From Candidatus Zhuqueibacterota bacterium (GTDB lineage Bacteria; Zhuqueibacterota; Zhuqueibacteria; Thermofontimicrobiales; Thermofontimicrobiaceae): a stretch of 64,000 bases of DNA. The notes under the pieces are model-generated. The model ran no database searches and was not told the origin of the DNA. It saw only the letters and a program-made list of their open reading frames with translations. This document shows positions 1 through 8,028 of the stretch, piece by piece; position 1 is the first letter of the stretch, and each line of letters starts with the position of its first letter. The position numbers and the translations under genes were made by a program. Where the stretch lies: NCBI GenBank assembly GCA_049322915.1, contig JBMOPW010000011.1:1-64000 (forward strand), in the 5' to 3' direction.

Positions 1-78
1 AAAAATTTAAGCCCAAATTGCAAAACGCTTGACTCTAATTTGCAGGCTTTTTATATTAACGCTAAACCACCTGTGCAG

Positions 79-127
79 GTGGGGAATATGTTTGCCCCGC
101 TAGTGGGGAATATGATTGCCCTTGACA
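79..127. mobile_element. Terminal inverted-repeat end of an IS21-family-like insertion sequence (body lies left of the window)
   Basis: Two 19-bp direct repeats GTGGGGAATATG(T/A)TTGCCC at 79-97 and 103-121 end in TTGACA (TGTCAA on the other strand). This is the multi-repeat TG...CA end architecture of IS21 elements. No transposase is in the window. Confidence 0.6.
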
Positions 128-388
128 GCACCCGAGTGCTTTCAGCGTACAAACGAGACAGCGAATCCCACTCCAAGATGGTATATTTGCCAGAGTCAGT
201 TCCGCTACAATCAGCGGCGTGTAACGCTATATATAAAATAATAATAAACCCTGCCCATACCTACCCCCCACCACCGCTGAGGTAGATTTTCACGTATCGT
301 GAAGAGAGTGGAGATTAACTGAGCGAGCGATTAAGGGGTGGGGAGTTTGAGCGGATAATTTAATAAATAAATTGTGCGTCGAATAAGC

Positions 389-518
389 TTCTAACAAAAT
401 CATTTATTTGACTGCTTTAGCATCCGGCGTTTTCCAGGTTTTGTATGTTACCAACTTCCAGTGCTTTTTCGGGGTTGCGTGCGTGTTATTAGGCGGTAAA
501 TGATGATTGTCGTTAACG
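389..518 (+). mobile_element. Integron attC recombination site
   Basis: R'' TTCTAAC at 389-395 and R' GTTAACG at 512-518. Arm AATCAT[t]TATTT[g]ACTGCTT pairs with AGGCGGTAAATGATGATT, leaving two extrahelical bases and an unpaired central spacer. Length is 130 bp and an ORF starts 34 bp after the GTT. Confidence 0.72.
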
Positions 519-545
519 CACTCCGTCCAAAATTAGGTACAGAAA

Positions 546-2315
546 ATGTATGACACACTTCACAAATCCGTGACTGGTATTATTATTCTGGGGTGGTTTT
601 TTCTAGTATTGAGCGCGTCGAGTACGGTTGTTCAATCCGCCTCTCCCTCAACATTTCAATCCGCTTTTGAACTGGTAATCCTGGCCGATGCCAACGACCC
701 ATATTACTCCCTGGCAGAGGAAATCGCCACTACAGAAAAAGCCCCAATTTTTCACACCTTATCTGATGCTGTAAATTGTCACCCAATATTCCTGATCTGG
801 GTTGTGTCCCCTTCATTCCTGTCAGATTTCAAGGTAATTGAATTTGGGTTGGCAATGAAAGAACAGCCTTATGCAATTTCCACAGGCATTATCACTGCAT
901 CCACTCTTGAAGATGCACGAAATTTATGGGATCGCCGTTCTCACGTTCAAGGACAATCCTTGTTTGCTGTCAACGCAACTTATCCTTCTGCGCATGTCTA
1001 TGAAGGACGAATTATTGACTTTACGCACGAGCAACAGGTGATATCCCCTTTAACAAAGGAAAGCTTTAACACCAGCATCCAAGCCGCAGATTATTTGACA
1101 TTTACAGGACATGGGGGAAGCTCGTATTTAAGGCTTGATGAGGACTTAACGTTCACAACAGATGATGTTCCTCCATTGTATGCTATCATCCTTAGCACCG
1201 CGAGTTGCCAGACCTTTCGTCCATGGGAAGAAAACTCAATAGCCCTTAAATTTGCAGACCAGGGAGTAGCCGCTTATTCAGGGTTTGTCTACAGCCCAAT
1301 TGAGGGATATTTGCTCGGCGAATTTGACGGGCTCCCTTTTCGGTATACATGGTCAGATTTTCCTATTGGGCATGTGATTCAAATTCAGAATCGCGGCACA
1401 ATACAAGGGTTTGCCGCCTTTCCATTCCGATACTTACTGGGAGACCCCCGAATATCACTTCAATCCGCGCCTCCGTATCAGTTGGTGGACGATCACATCA
1501 ATGGGGAGCATCGTGTCTTAACCTTTCGGGATGTTCCCAAAGGTGTCATTCCCATCCGCATTTCCAATGGTGCTGAGTATCATTTTGTCGAAGTTTTGGA
1601 TGGAACATCTGCGGCTGAACACGATTTTTTCTACAATAGTCAACTACAAATGGTCAATTTCCAAAACGACAAATTCGTTTTGCTGGTTCACAAAGGGGGA
1701 GATTTGACATTGGAGTTGCACGCGCAAGCCCCCTGGTATTGGATTGTCGGGGACATCCTGTTGGACTCGCTCGATCATACATATATCTTCAACCCACAGT
1801 CCAGTGGCGATATACTCTCAATGTTATTTGCCCTCATCCCTCTCATCTGGGGAATATGGCAATTCCATAAAAAACGATTTGGCTGGAAAGATATTCGCCT
1901 TGCCCTTGTTATTGGGCTGGGAATGAGCGTGTTGCTGGGAATTTACGCCTTTATTCGTCTTGATGACATTACAATTATTTCAAAAGATGTCGTGTACAGC
2001 CCACTCAATGTTATAGCAAACTTTTTATTAGGCGCATGTGGCGTCTTGATATACATTCGCGCTCGTTCACTGACAGGCAAATCAATTGCCTTATTCGTAA
2101 TGACTTTTTCAAGTTGGTCAGGAGCACTATTTTTTGGACTGTGGGCAGCAATACCTAATATCTTTCTTTTTAAACCACAAATTGGCGCGACGCTCTACAA
2201 TTATTCACTTGCTCTACTACCAGCAATTGCATTTTTTGTAACTTTTATCGGCATCAGCCTTTTCATGTGGCTGGTAATGGGCAAAAATACCACCCGACAC
2301 GTTCATGTCCCATAA
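546..2315 (+). CDS. Membrane-anchored protein with peptidase C25 (gingipain)/caspase-like domain; probable gene cassette
   Basis: N-terminal signal/TM segment, motifs FTGHGG, ILSTASCQT and YLLGDP, and about 5-6 C-terminal hydrophobic helices. Visibly AT-richer than neighbouring genes and follows an attC. Confidence 0.55.
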   Translation: MYDTLHKSVTGIIILGWFFLVLSASSTVVQSASPSTFQSAFELVILADANDPYYSLAEEIATTEKAPIFHTLSDAVNCHPIFLIWVVSPSFLSDFKVIEFGLAMKEQPYAISTGIITASTLEDARNLWDRRSHVQGQSLFAVNATYPSAHVYEGRIIDFTHEQQVISPLTKESFNTSIQAADYLTFTGHGGSSYLRLDEDLTFTTDDVPPLYAIILSTASCQTFRPWEENSIALKFADQGVAAYSGFVYSPIEGYLLGEFDGLPFRYTWSDFPIGHVIQIQNRGTIQGFAAFPFRYLLGDPRISLQSAPPYQLVDDHINGEHRVLTFRDVPKGVIPIRISNGAEYHFVEVLDGTSAAEHDFFYNSQLQMVNFQNDKFVLLVHKGGDLTLELHAQAPWYWIVGDILLDSLDHTYIFNPQSSGDILSMLFALIPLIWGIWQFHKKRFGWKDIRLALVIGLGMSVLLGIYAFIRLDDITIISKDVVYSPLNVIANFLLGACGVLIYIRARSLTGKSIALFVMTFSSWSGALFFGLWAAIPNIFLFKPQIGATLYNYSLALLPAIAFFVTFIGISLFMWLVMGKNTTRHVHVP

Positions 2316-2331
2316 TTTCAAACCCAGGCGA

Positions 2332-2408
2332 ATCGGGTAAGGGCAGGTTTTTCTCCTGCACTCTCCCCACAACACCGTGGTCCCGAAGTTTCGGGACAGT
2401 GCGGTTTA
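2332..2408 (-). mobile_element. Group II (class C-like) intron 3' remnant, domains V-VI
   Basis: Minus strand reads AACCGCACTG..ACGGTGTTGTGGGGAGAG-TGCAGG-AGAAAAA-CCTGC-CCTTACCCGAT. This resembles the IIC D5 (AACCGC...ACGGTGGTGTG) and a D6 ending in YACYCGAT. No RT ORF is present. Confidence 0.6.
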
Positions 2409-2427
2409 CATCAGCGGGAAATTCGGA

Positions 2428-3963
2428 CTACTTCAGAATGAACCGCTTCTCCCCTACCGCTGTCTTTCCGTTCTGCACATCTGTCACTTTCACCACGAGT
2501 TGTGATGGGCCGAGCGGGAATTTGGAAAAATCGATGGTCAGATAGATTTGCTGGAACTCGCCCATTCCAGCCGTTTCAAACGAACTGCCAATTGTCTCCT
2601 TTTTATCCCCTCCCACCAGATGGCTGAAGAATTGAACCAGCGACGCCCACGAGTTTTTATCCACAATCACAGAGTTCACCTCGTAAGCCACGCTGAATCG
2701 CGCCTGTCCCGAATCATCCAGCGTCAGGTTATAGACCTCGAAATAGATATTCATGGGTATGGATTTATTGACGATGTGACCCAGATGCGGCACGACGAGA
2801 ATGTTGTTGGGCTTCAGATTGCGGGGCTGGGACGAGCCTTCGCTGATCCGGGCGGCGAGTTGGATATCGCTCATCCGCAGAGAATCCCCGGAAAAATCGC
2901 GGACATTCACCTGGGCTGTGAGTATGGCCAACCGACCGCCGGTTTCATTGTCCAACTGGAGGGCGAAGTTGTACGTCCCTGGCAGGAGATTTTCATTGTG
3001 CTGGTTGATGTAAATCCGTTTATCGATTTCCTGCTGACTGCGCGCGGCCAGCTTCAGCGTCTCCTGATGCCCGGCCACAACGTCGAAATTGGCGTCCATG
3101 AACGTGACCCGTTTCTCCACAAGCGTTTCGAAAGGCATTTGTCCGCCCGGTTCGAAACCGAGCTGATTCAACGGCAGGGAGTAATACAGTTCCATCCGCG
3201 ACCGACCGTTTTCTCCGCGAAAAATACAACTGGCGATGCGGGCGTCGAGTTGCTTTTTGCCATAATCAAAATCATACCTGACCGGGGGAATACTTTCCAG
3301 CACCAGTTTCTTTTCCGAGTCCATTTCGCGGGCATGCTGAAAGAACACTGTTTGCGCGGCGCCCGGCGAGAGCGACGACCTCACGTCCCTGAAATTCTGA
3401 TATCGCTGATGCAGCTCCTCCCGTTCGGAATACAACTCGGCGGCGACCAGCGTCTTCTGGTTCACCGGGCCGGATTCCACCGCATCCAGCAGGCTATGCG
3501 CTTCTCGATAGCCATAGCCAAATTCATCGACAAAATCGATGAACAGATTCAGCCGATAGTAGGCCCAGGTTTCGTTGTCTTTATAGGCTTTGCCCAGCCC
3601 AACGCTGCTGACCCGGTCGTCCGGCTCGCCGTACTTCAAATAGTATTTGCCGCGGTCGTCCAGCAGCAGCGGTTTGATGATATTGGAAAAGTGCTTTTGC
3701 GCGAACGAAAATCGTCTCAGGTATTCGTCGTAAAATTCATTGTATTCTGTGTGCGGCGTGGGATCGAGCATTTTCCAATACTTCGCCTCCCATTTGGCTT
3801 TCTCTTCCGGAGCGTGAATCAATTGATAGATTTTTTTCAATTCCACAGAAAGCATCGCTTCAAAAGCAGCGCTCTGTTGCCCGGCGTTGGTGAAAAGCTC
3901 CTGCGCGTTCGCGGACAGGCTCAGCGCCAGACAGGCCAGTGTGATGAAACAGCGAAGGTTCAC
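2428..3963 (-). CDS. GWxTD domain-containing secreted protein (degenerate motif)
   Basis: Signal peptide from a likely GTG start at 3963 (AAAGGA upstream). Motifs YW..LDPTP.T..NEF..EY..R, DDRGKYYLKYGEPD and ETWAY. C-terminal Ig-like domains with MSDIQLA and IYFEVYNL. Confidence 0.8.
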   Translation of the reverse strand: MNLRCFITLACLALSLSANAQELFTNAGQQSAAFEAMLSVELKKIYQLIHAPEEKAKWEAKYWKMLDPTPHTEYNEFYDEYLRRFSFAQKHFSNIIKPLLLDDRGKYYLKYGEPDDRVSSVGLGKAYKDNETWAYYRLNLFIDFVDEFGYGYREAHSLLDAVESGPVNQKTLVAAELYSEREELHQRYQNFRDVRSSLSPGAAQTVFFQHAREMDSEKKLVLESIPPVRYDFDYGKKQLDARIASCIFRGENGRSRMELYYSLPLNQLGFEPGGQMPFETLVEKRVTFMDANFDVVAGHQETLKLAARSQQEIDKRIYINQHNENLLPGTYNFALQLDNETGGRLAILTAQVNVRDFSGDSLRMSDIQLAARISEGSSQPRNLKPNNILVVPHLGHIVNKSIPMNIYFEVYNLTLDDSGQARFSVAYEVNSVIVDKNSWASLVQFFSHLVGGDKKETIGSSFETAGMGEFQQIYLTIDFSKFPLGPSQLVVKVTDVQNGKTAVGEKRFILK

Positions 3964-3995
3964 CCTGTGCGTCCTTTTGCTAATTCCTACCAAAG

Positions 3996-4037
3996 AAAAA
4001 GGCGGTATTTCCGCGATACGGGAAATACCACCTCTTT
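3996..4037 (-). terminator. Intrinsic terminator between the third PorV-like gene and the GWxTD gene
   Basis: Minus strand GGTGGTATTTCC-loop-GGAAATACCGCC followed by TTTTTCTTT. Confidence 0.7.
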
Positions 4038-4054
4038 CGGCGAGCTAAATAATG

Positions 4055-5113
4055 CTATAATCCAAATGAAAACGAGAAGCTATGGGCCGAAGTCAAAATG
4101 CCAAGATCGTTGTACGAATAATCCATTCTCACTTTTGAGTCCATGCCGGGGATCTTCACATAGAATCCGGCGCCAAAAGCGAATTTAAGATCATAGATCA
4201 GTTCCAATTCTTCCGCCTTGATCAATTTGTCTTCATCGAAATCCTCGGCGCGGTAAATCAACCCACCGCGAAGCGCCAGCATATTGTTCCAGACGTACTC
4301 AGCGCCAAAAGTCGAGTACGGGCTGTTGTCGCGCAGATCGTTGAAATCCAGATTGCACGTCATTCGGGAAGCGCCCCTGTTCAGGACATCCATCGAAAGC
4401 CCGAATCTGAAGATGAGCGGGATGGACCAGCCCTCGGTTTCCAGGCGCGCCTCTTTTTCCGGATTGCCATCAATCACTTCATCGATATCGGTCTTCACAA
4501 TCTGGTCGGTCCCTTTGAGCGTCATTTTGCCGCCGAAATTGCAGATGCTCATCCCAATTTTCAGGCCATGATAGCCGGTATCGAACTGGGTGCCGGCATC
4601 GATGGCAAATGTACTGGCCGACGAAAAACTGATCGATTCGTGGATGAATTTTGCGCTGGCGCCAAGCTGGAAGCGGTCTGTCAATTGCCGGGCGTAGGTG
4701 ATGCCCATGGCCAGATCGCTGGAACTGAAGTAAGCGCCGGTTCCATCCGGTTCCAGAGGCGTCGTGGTCTCCATATCGCCCATGGACAACGAGACGAAAC
4801 TCAATCCAATCGTGCCAATGCGGCCGAGGGGATACACGACTCCGAGGAAATTATGTTTGATATCCAGTATCCAGTCCGTGTAGGAAATACCCACTTCCAG
4901 AGAAGTGATATTGGCAATACCGGCCGGATTCCAATAGAGCGCAGAGACGTCATTCACCTGCGCGACAAATGCACCTCCCAGTCCGTTGCCCCGAGAGCCG
5001 ACTCCGATTTTCAGAAAATTGGCAGCCGATGTGCCGGTGTTGTCGGTACCGGCAACAGCGACGGGAACAATAAACAGGAGGCTCAAAATAATGTATAAAA
5101 ATCTTTTTATCAT
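4055..5113 (-). CDS. PorV/PorQ-family (FadL-like) outer-membrane beta-barrel, module 3
   Basis: Signal peptide; GTSAANFLKIGVGSRGNGLGGAFVA and ALYWNPAG; alternating beta-strand C-terminus. Paralogous to 12081-13112 and 20962-22014. Confidence 0.85.
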   Translation of the reverse strand: MIKRFLYIILSLLFIVPVAVAGTDNTGTSAANFLKIGVGSRGNGLGGAFVAQVNDVSALYWNPAGIANITSLEVGISYTDWILDIKHNFLGVVYPLGRIGTIGLSFVSLSMGDMETTTPLEPDGTGAYFSSSDLAMGITYARQLTDRFQLGASAKFIHESISFSSASTFAIDAGTQFDTGYHGLKIGMSICNFGGKMTLKGTDQIVKTDIDEVIDGNPEKEARLETEGWSIPLIFRFGLSMDVLNRGASRMTCNLDFNDLRDNSPYSTFGAEYVWNNMLALRGGLIYRAEDFDEDKLIKAEELELIYDLKFAFGAGFYVKIPGMDSKVRMDYSYNDLGILTSAHSFSFSFGL

Positions 5114-5152
5114 TTTATATCCTCCAAAAAAGTAACACTGTCCGAAAGTGGT

Positions 5153-7993
5153 TTACTTGATGATGGCAAATTTGCCCATTTTTTCGCCGATGCCTTTGGC
5201 ATTCACATGGTAGATGTAAATTCCAAAAGCGACTTCCTGCTGGTTGTACGTCCATAAATTCCAGGCCTGAACCGCCGGGCCGCGATAGCCGGTGTCATTT
5301 GGTTCGTGATGCAATACCTGAACCAGCTCGCCGGAAATGGTGAAGATGCGAATTTCACATTCCTCCGGCAGATTGTGGAACTGGAGTTCTTTTATCCAGG
5401 GCTCGGTTTCGTACGCCGAGGTGACAATATACGGGTTCGGAATGACCGAAATCATCTCCAGGCTGCTCTCGGTTGCATTGGCCGAAGAGCCTCCGGTTGT
5501 ACGAAGCGTGTACGAATCAGCCGAAGTCAGCGGTTTGGTGCAGAATATCCGGGCAATGTCACCCTGCTTGGGAGCGACTTCCACCCATTTCGGATCGACA
5601 ATCGTCGTATCCACGCCATCGATCACCGTATCGATCGTAGCCGGCACCCGTGTCATTGTCAGCACCCACGTGAATTTGATCTGATTGTTGATCGTCTCGC
5701 GCAGTTTGATATTGTCGCCACTGGTCCATGCGGCCACCATCTCCGGAGTGGTATCTGCCGGATTCCTGTCGAATACGGCAAGGGCAGCCTGGCGGTTCAA
5801 TGTGGTATTCCAAATCTGGAATGGAAATACCATGCTCGCCGGGTAAAACGCAGTGTCGCCTGCAGCATTGAATCGGACTTCATAATCATAGGGATAATTG
5901 GAAGTCGGCGCGGCGGTGAATTGCCAGTTGCACTCACTGGAGTCTCCGGATTCCAACGCCCAATAGCTTTTTTCCGCGTCGAAAAATATCCCATCTTCGT
6001 CTATTAGCTTGAGTTGGAAACCATCGATGACCGGTGTATCTTCTTCTCCGTGTAAATTCGGGCAATCTTCAATCACCATTTTTCCTTTCAGGCTATCGAA
6101 CACGGAGAATGTCTTCACCCCGGGCGTGGACATATCATCGATTGTAATGGTATAGGCGTTGTCCACGATTTCGGTTTCGCTGAACACCTCCCACAGCAGG
6201 TCCACACTGGATACGCCGCTGGTATGGGCTGCGGCAAGTTCGGGACCGCTGTAGCCGGCCGCTTTTTTCTGGGGAATGACAGCCACGGTATTATCATTAT
6301 CAATAGTCGCGTTGGACAGTCGGGGATTTTCCAGCGGCACGACCGGCAGGATGCCCCAGACATCCTCATGATCGTAGGCGCAGACGGCATACCAGTATTC
6401 GACGCCGTTTTTCAGATTCCGATCGACAAATTTATGATTCAACCCGGTATCATCGCCGAGATAAAAATAGGGATCCAGCGTACTCACGCCGGCGATGTCA
6501 TTGACCAGATCGTACTGGGCAATGGGGACATAGCCGACCAGCGCGCCGATGGCATTGGTGATGGGCTCACCCCAGGAAAGACCGCGATCCGTTGACCGAT
6601 AGACTTTGTATCCCTCGAACGCATTGTTCCCGGTGAACTCATCGACAGAGCTTTCCGTGGGATCGGCGTTCCAGTATAGAGTGACGGTTTGATCCCCGGC
6701 CACTGCTTTGACGGACGGCATGGTGGAGGCATTCGGCGTCTTGTAATTCATATCATAAATGGTCTGACACAGTGCGGCATTGGCCAGTAAGTCCGCTTTA
6801 TTCGTGCCAAAAATATTGGCGAACGTGAATGTGACTGTCTGTCCCGGGGCCAGATCGAACGGGCCTGAGGCGTGAACCGACGCCACATCCGGGCCGTAAG
6901 TATTGGGCGTCTGTGTCCAGTCGTTGCTGTGCGGAGCGACATTGTGAATTGATTCAATGCCAATGGTCAACTCATTATAAATATCCGCCTGAGTCGGTAG
7001 CGCATAAAAATCCGTATAGGTAGCAATGGACAGCGTGGTCAACCCCAGTTCATTGCCATCCGGGCCCAGGGGGGTTTCCAGCATTTTCAAACCCTGCCAG
7101 GCAACGCCTTTTTCAAGGTAGCCTTCTGCTTTATCGTCGCCGTCCCAGATGTATAGGAAATTGCCCAGGACAGGATCATCATCGATGGAAATGTATTTGG
7201 CAAAATCATCTTCCCATTCGTTATTCCCCTCTTCCGGGCAATCCATCTCTGTGTAAATTCCGGCGTAGCAATCTTTAATCGTATCCGTCCCGGTATTGGT
7301 GAGATAGTATTTGAACACGATGATGTCCTCAGCCAACATACTGGAAAATTGAAGCGCGCGCCCGAAGCTCTTAATGTGCAACGGCGTTAGTTGCTGGCAA
7401 TCCTCGCAATCGTCGGTAGCCATCCAGACGCCTTCGGCGTCCCCGGCGACTTCACCATCGGATCGAACGCCGGGAAATCCGTCCAACCCAATTGGCCCGA
7501 CATCGTCTGGCCATTCGGCCGGCCAGGAAGCCGGCTTGTTGCTGAGCGCGATGCCATTATCGCCCACGCCGGAATCGTAGCCCGGCATCGGTTCAAAATG
7601 GCCTTCGTTATTCTCCTGAAATATACCGATACCGCCATTGGAGACGCGCTTTTCCCCATTTAAAATTCCGCCGATGAGTAGCGTCTGGCACCACTGGTAG
7701 GTGATGCTGGATCCGATGGGGTATTCGAATGTCAACATCTCGCGGCTGTAGCCCAATGTATTGGCATTATTTATTTCGAGCCCGATTTTGCCGACATCGA
7801 AGCGACCGTACTTGCGGTCATTGAAACTGGCTGGCTTCGATAAATTCAGGGCCGGCGTTTGCCCGTATTGTCGGCACAGCGCCTGATAGTATTCCAATTT
7901 AGTCATGCCTTTTTTTGCCTGCGCGACAAGTGCGTTTTGCAGCGAGAAAAGAAAGGCGATGATTAAAAACAGGAAGACTCCTTTTTTAATCAT
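5153..7993 (-). CDS. Large secreted protein with FN3-like domain and variant T9SS-like CTD, module 3
   Basis: Signal peptide (start after GGAGG). FN3-like AGDQTVTLYW..FEGYKVYRS..YWYAVCAYD. CTD ISVIPNPY..FHNLP..IRIFTISGELV..WNL..VAFGIYIYHV..GKFAIIK. Confidence 0.75.
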   Translation of the reverse strand: MIKKGVFLFLIIAFLFSLQNALVAQAKKGMTKLEYYQALCRQYGQTPALNLSKPASFNDRKYGRFDVGKIGLEINNANTLGYSREMLTFEYPIGSSITYQWCQTLLIGGILNGEKRVSNGGIGIFQENNEGHFEPMPGYDSGVGDNGIALSNKPASWPAEWPDDVGPIGLDGFPGVRSDGEVAGDAEGVWMATDDCEDCQQLTPLHIKSFGRALQFSSMLAEDIIVFKYYLTNTGTDTIKDCYAGIYTEMDCPEEGNNEWEDDFAKYISIDDDPVLGNFLYIWDGDDKAEGYLEKGVAWQGLKMLETPLGPDGNELGLTTLSIATYTDFYALPTQADIYNELTIGIESIHNVAPHSNDWTQTPNTYGPDVASVHASGPFDLAPGQTVTFTFANIFGTNKADLLANAALCQTIYDMNYKTPNASTMPSVKAVAGDQTVTLYWNADPTESSVDEFTGNNAFEGYKVYRSTDRGLSWGEPITNAIGALVGYVPIAQYDLVNDIAGVSTLDPYFYLGDDTGLNHKFVDRNLKNGVEYWYAVCAYDHEDVWGILPVVPLENPRLSNATIDNDNTVAVIPQKKAAGYSGPELAAAHTSGVSSVDLLWEVFSETEIVDNAYTITIDDMSTPGVKTFSVFDSLKGKMVIEDCPNLHGEEDTPVIDGFQLKLIDEDGIFFDAEKSYWALESGDSSECNWQFTAAPTSNYPYDYEVRFNAAGDTAFYPASMVFPFQIWNTTLNRQAALAVFDRNPADTTPEMVAAWTSGDNIKLRETINNQIKFTWVLTMTRVPATIDTVIDGVDTTIVDPKWVEVAPKQGDIARIFCTKPLTSADSYTLRTTGGSSANATESSLEMISVIPNPYIVTSAYETEPWIKELQFHNLPEECEIRIFTISGELVQVLHHEPNDTGYRGPAVQAWNLWTYNQQEVAFGIYIYHVNAKGIGEKMGKFAIIK

Positions 7994-8028
7994 AGTATTT
8001 TCCTCCATAACATTGATTGGTGTGCATG

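Noticed and set aside
79..121. Two 19-bp direct repeats as a possible CRISPR array
   Set aside because: Only two units with a 5-bp spacer and no cas genes; fits an IS21-type end better.
40..285. 81-aa ORF at the window start
   Set aside because: It runs across the IS end into unrelated DNA and has no RBS or motif.
2548..4188. 546-aa plus-strand ORF, and similar long antisense ORFs such as 13457-14698, 18644-19780, 30164-31177 and 45485-46543
   Set aside because: They lie antisense to well-supported genes, have no recognisable motifs, and are expected shadows of codon bias.
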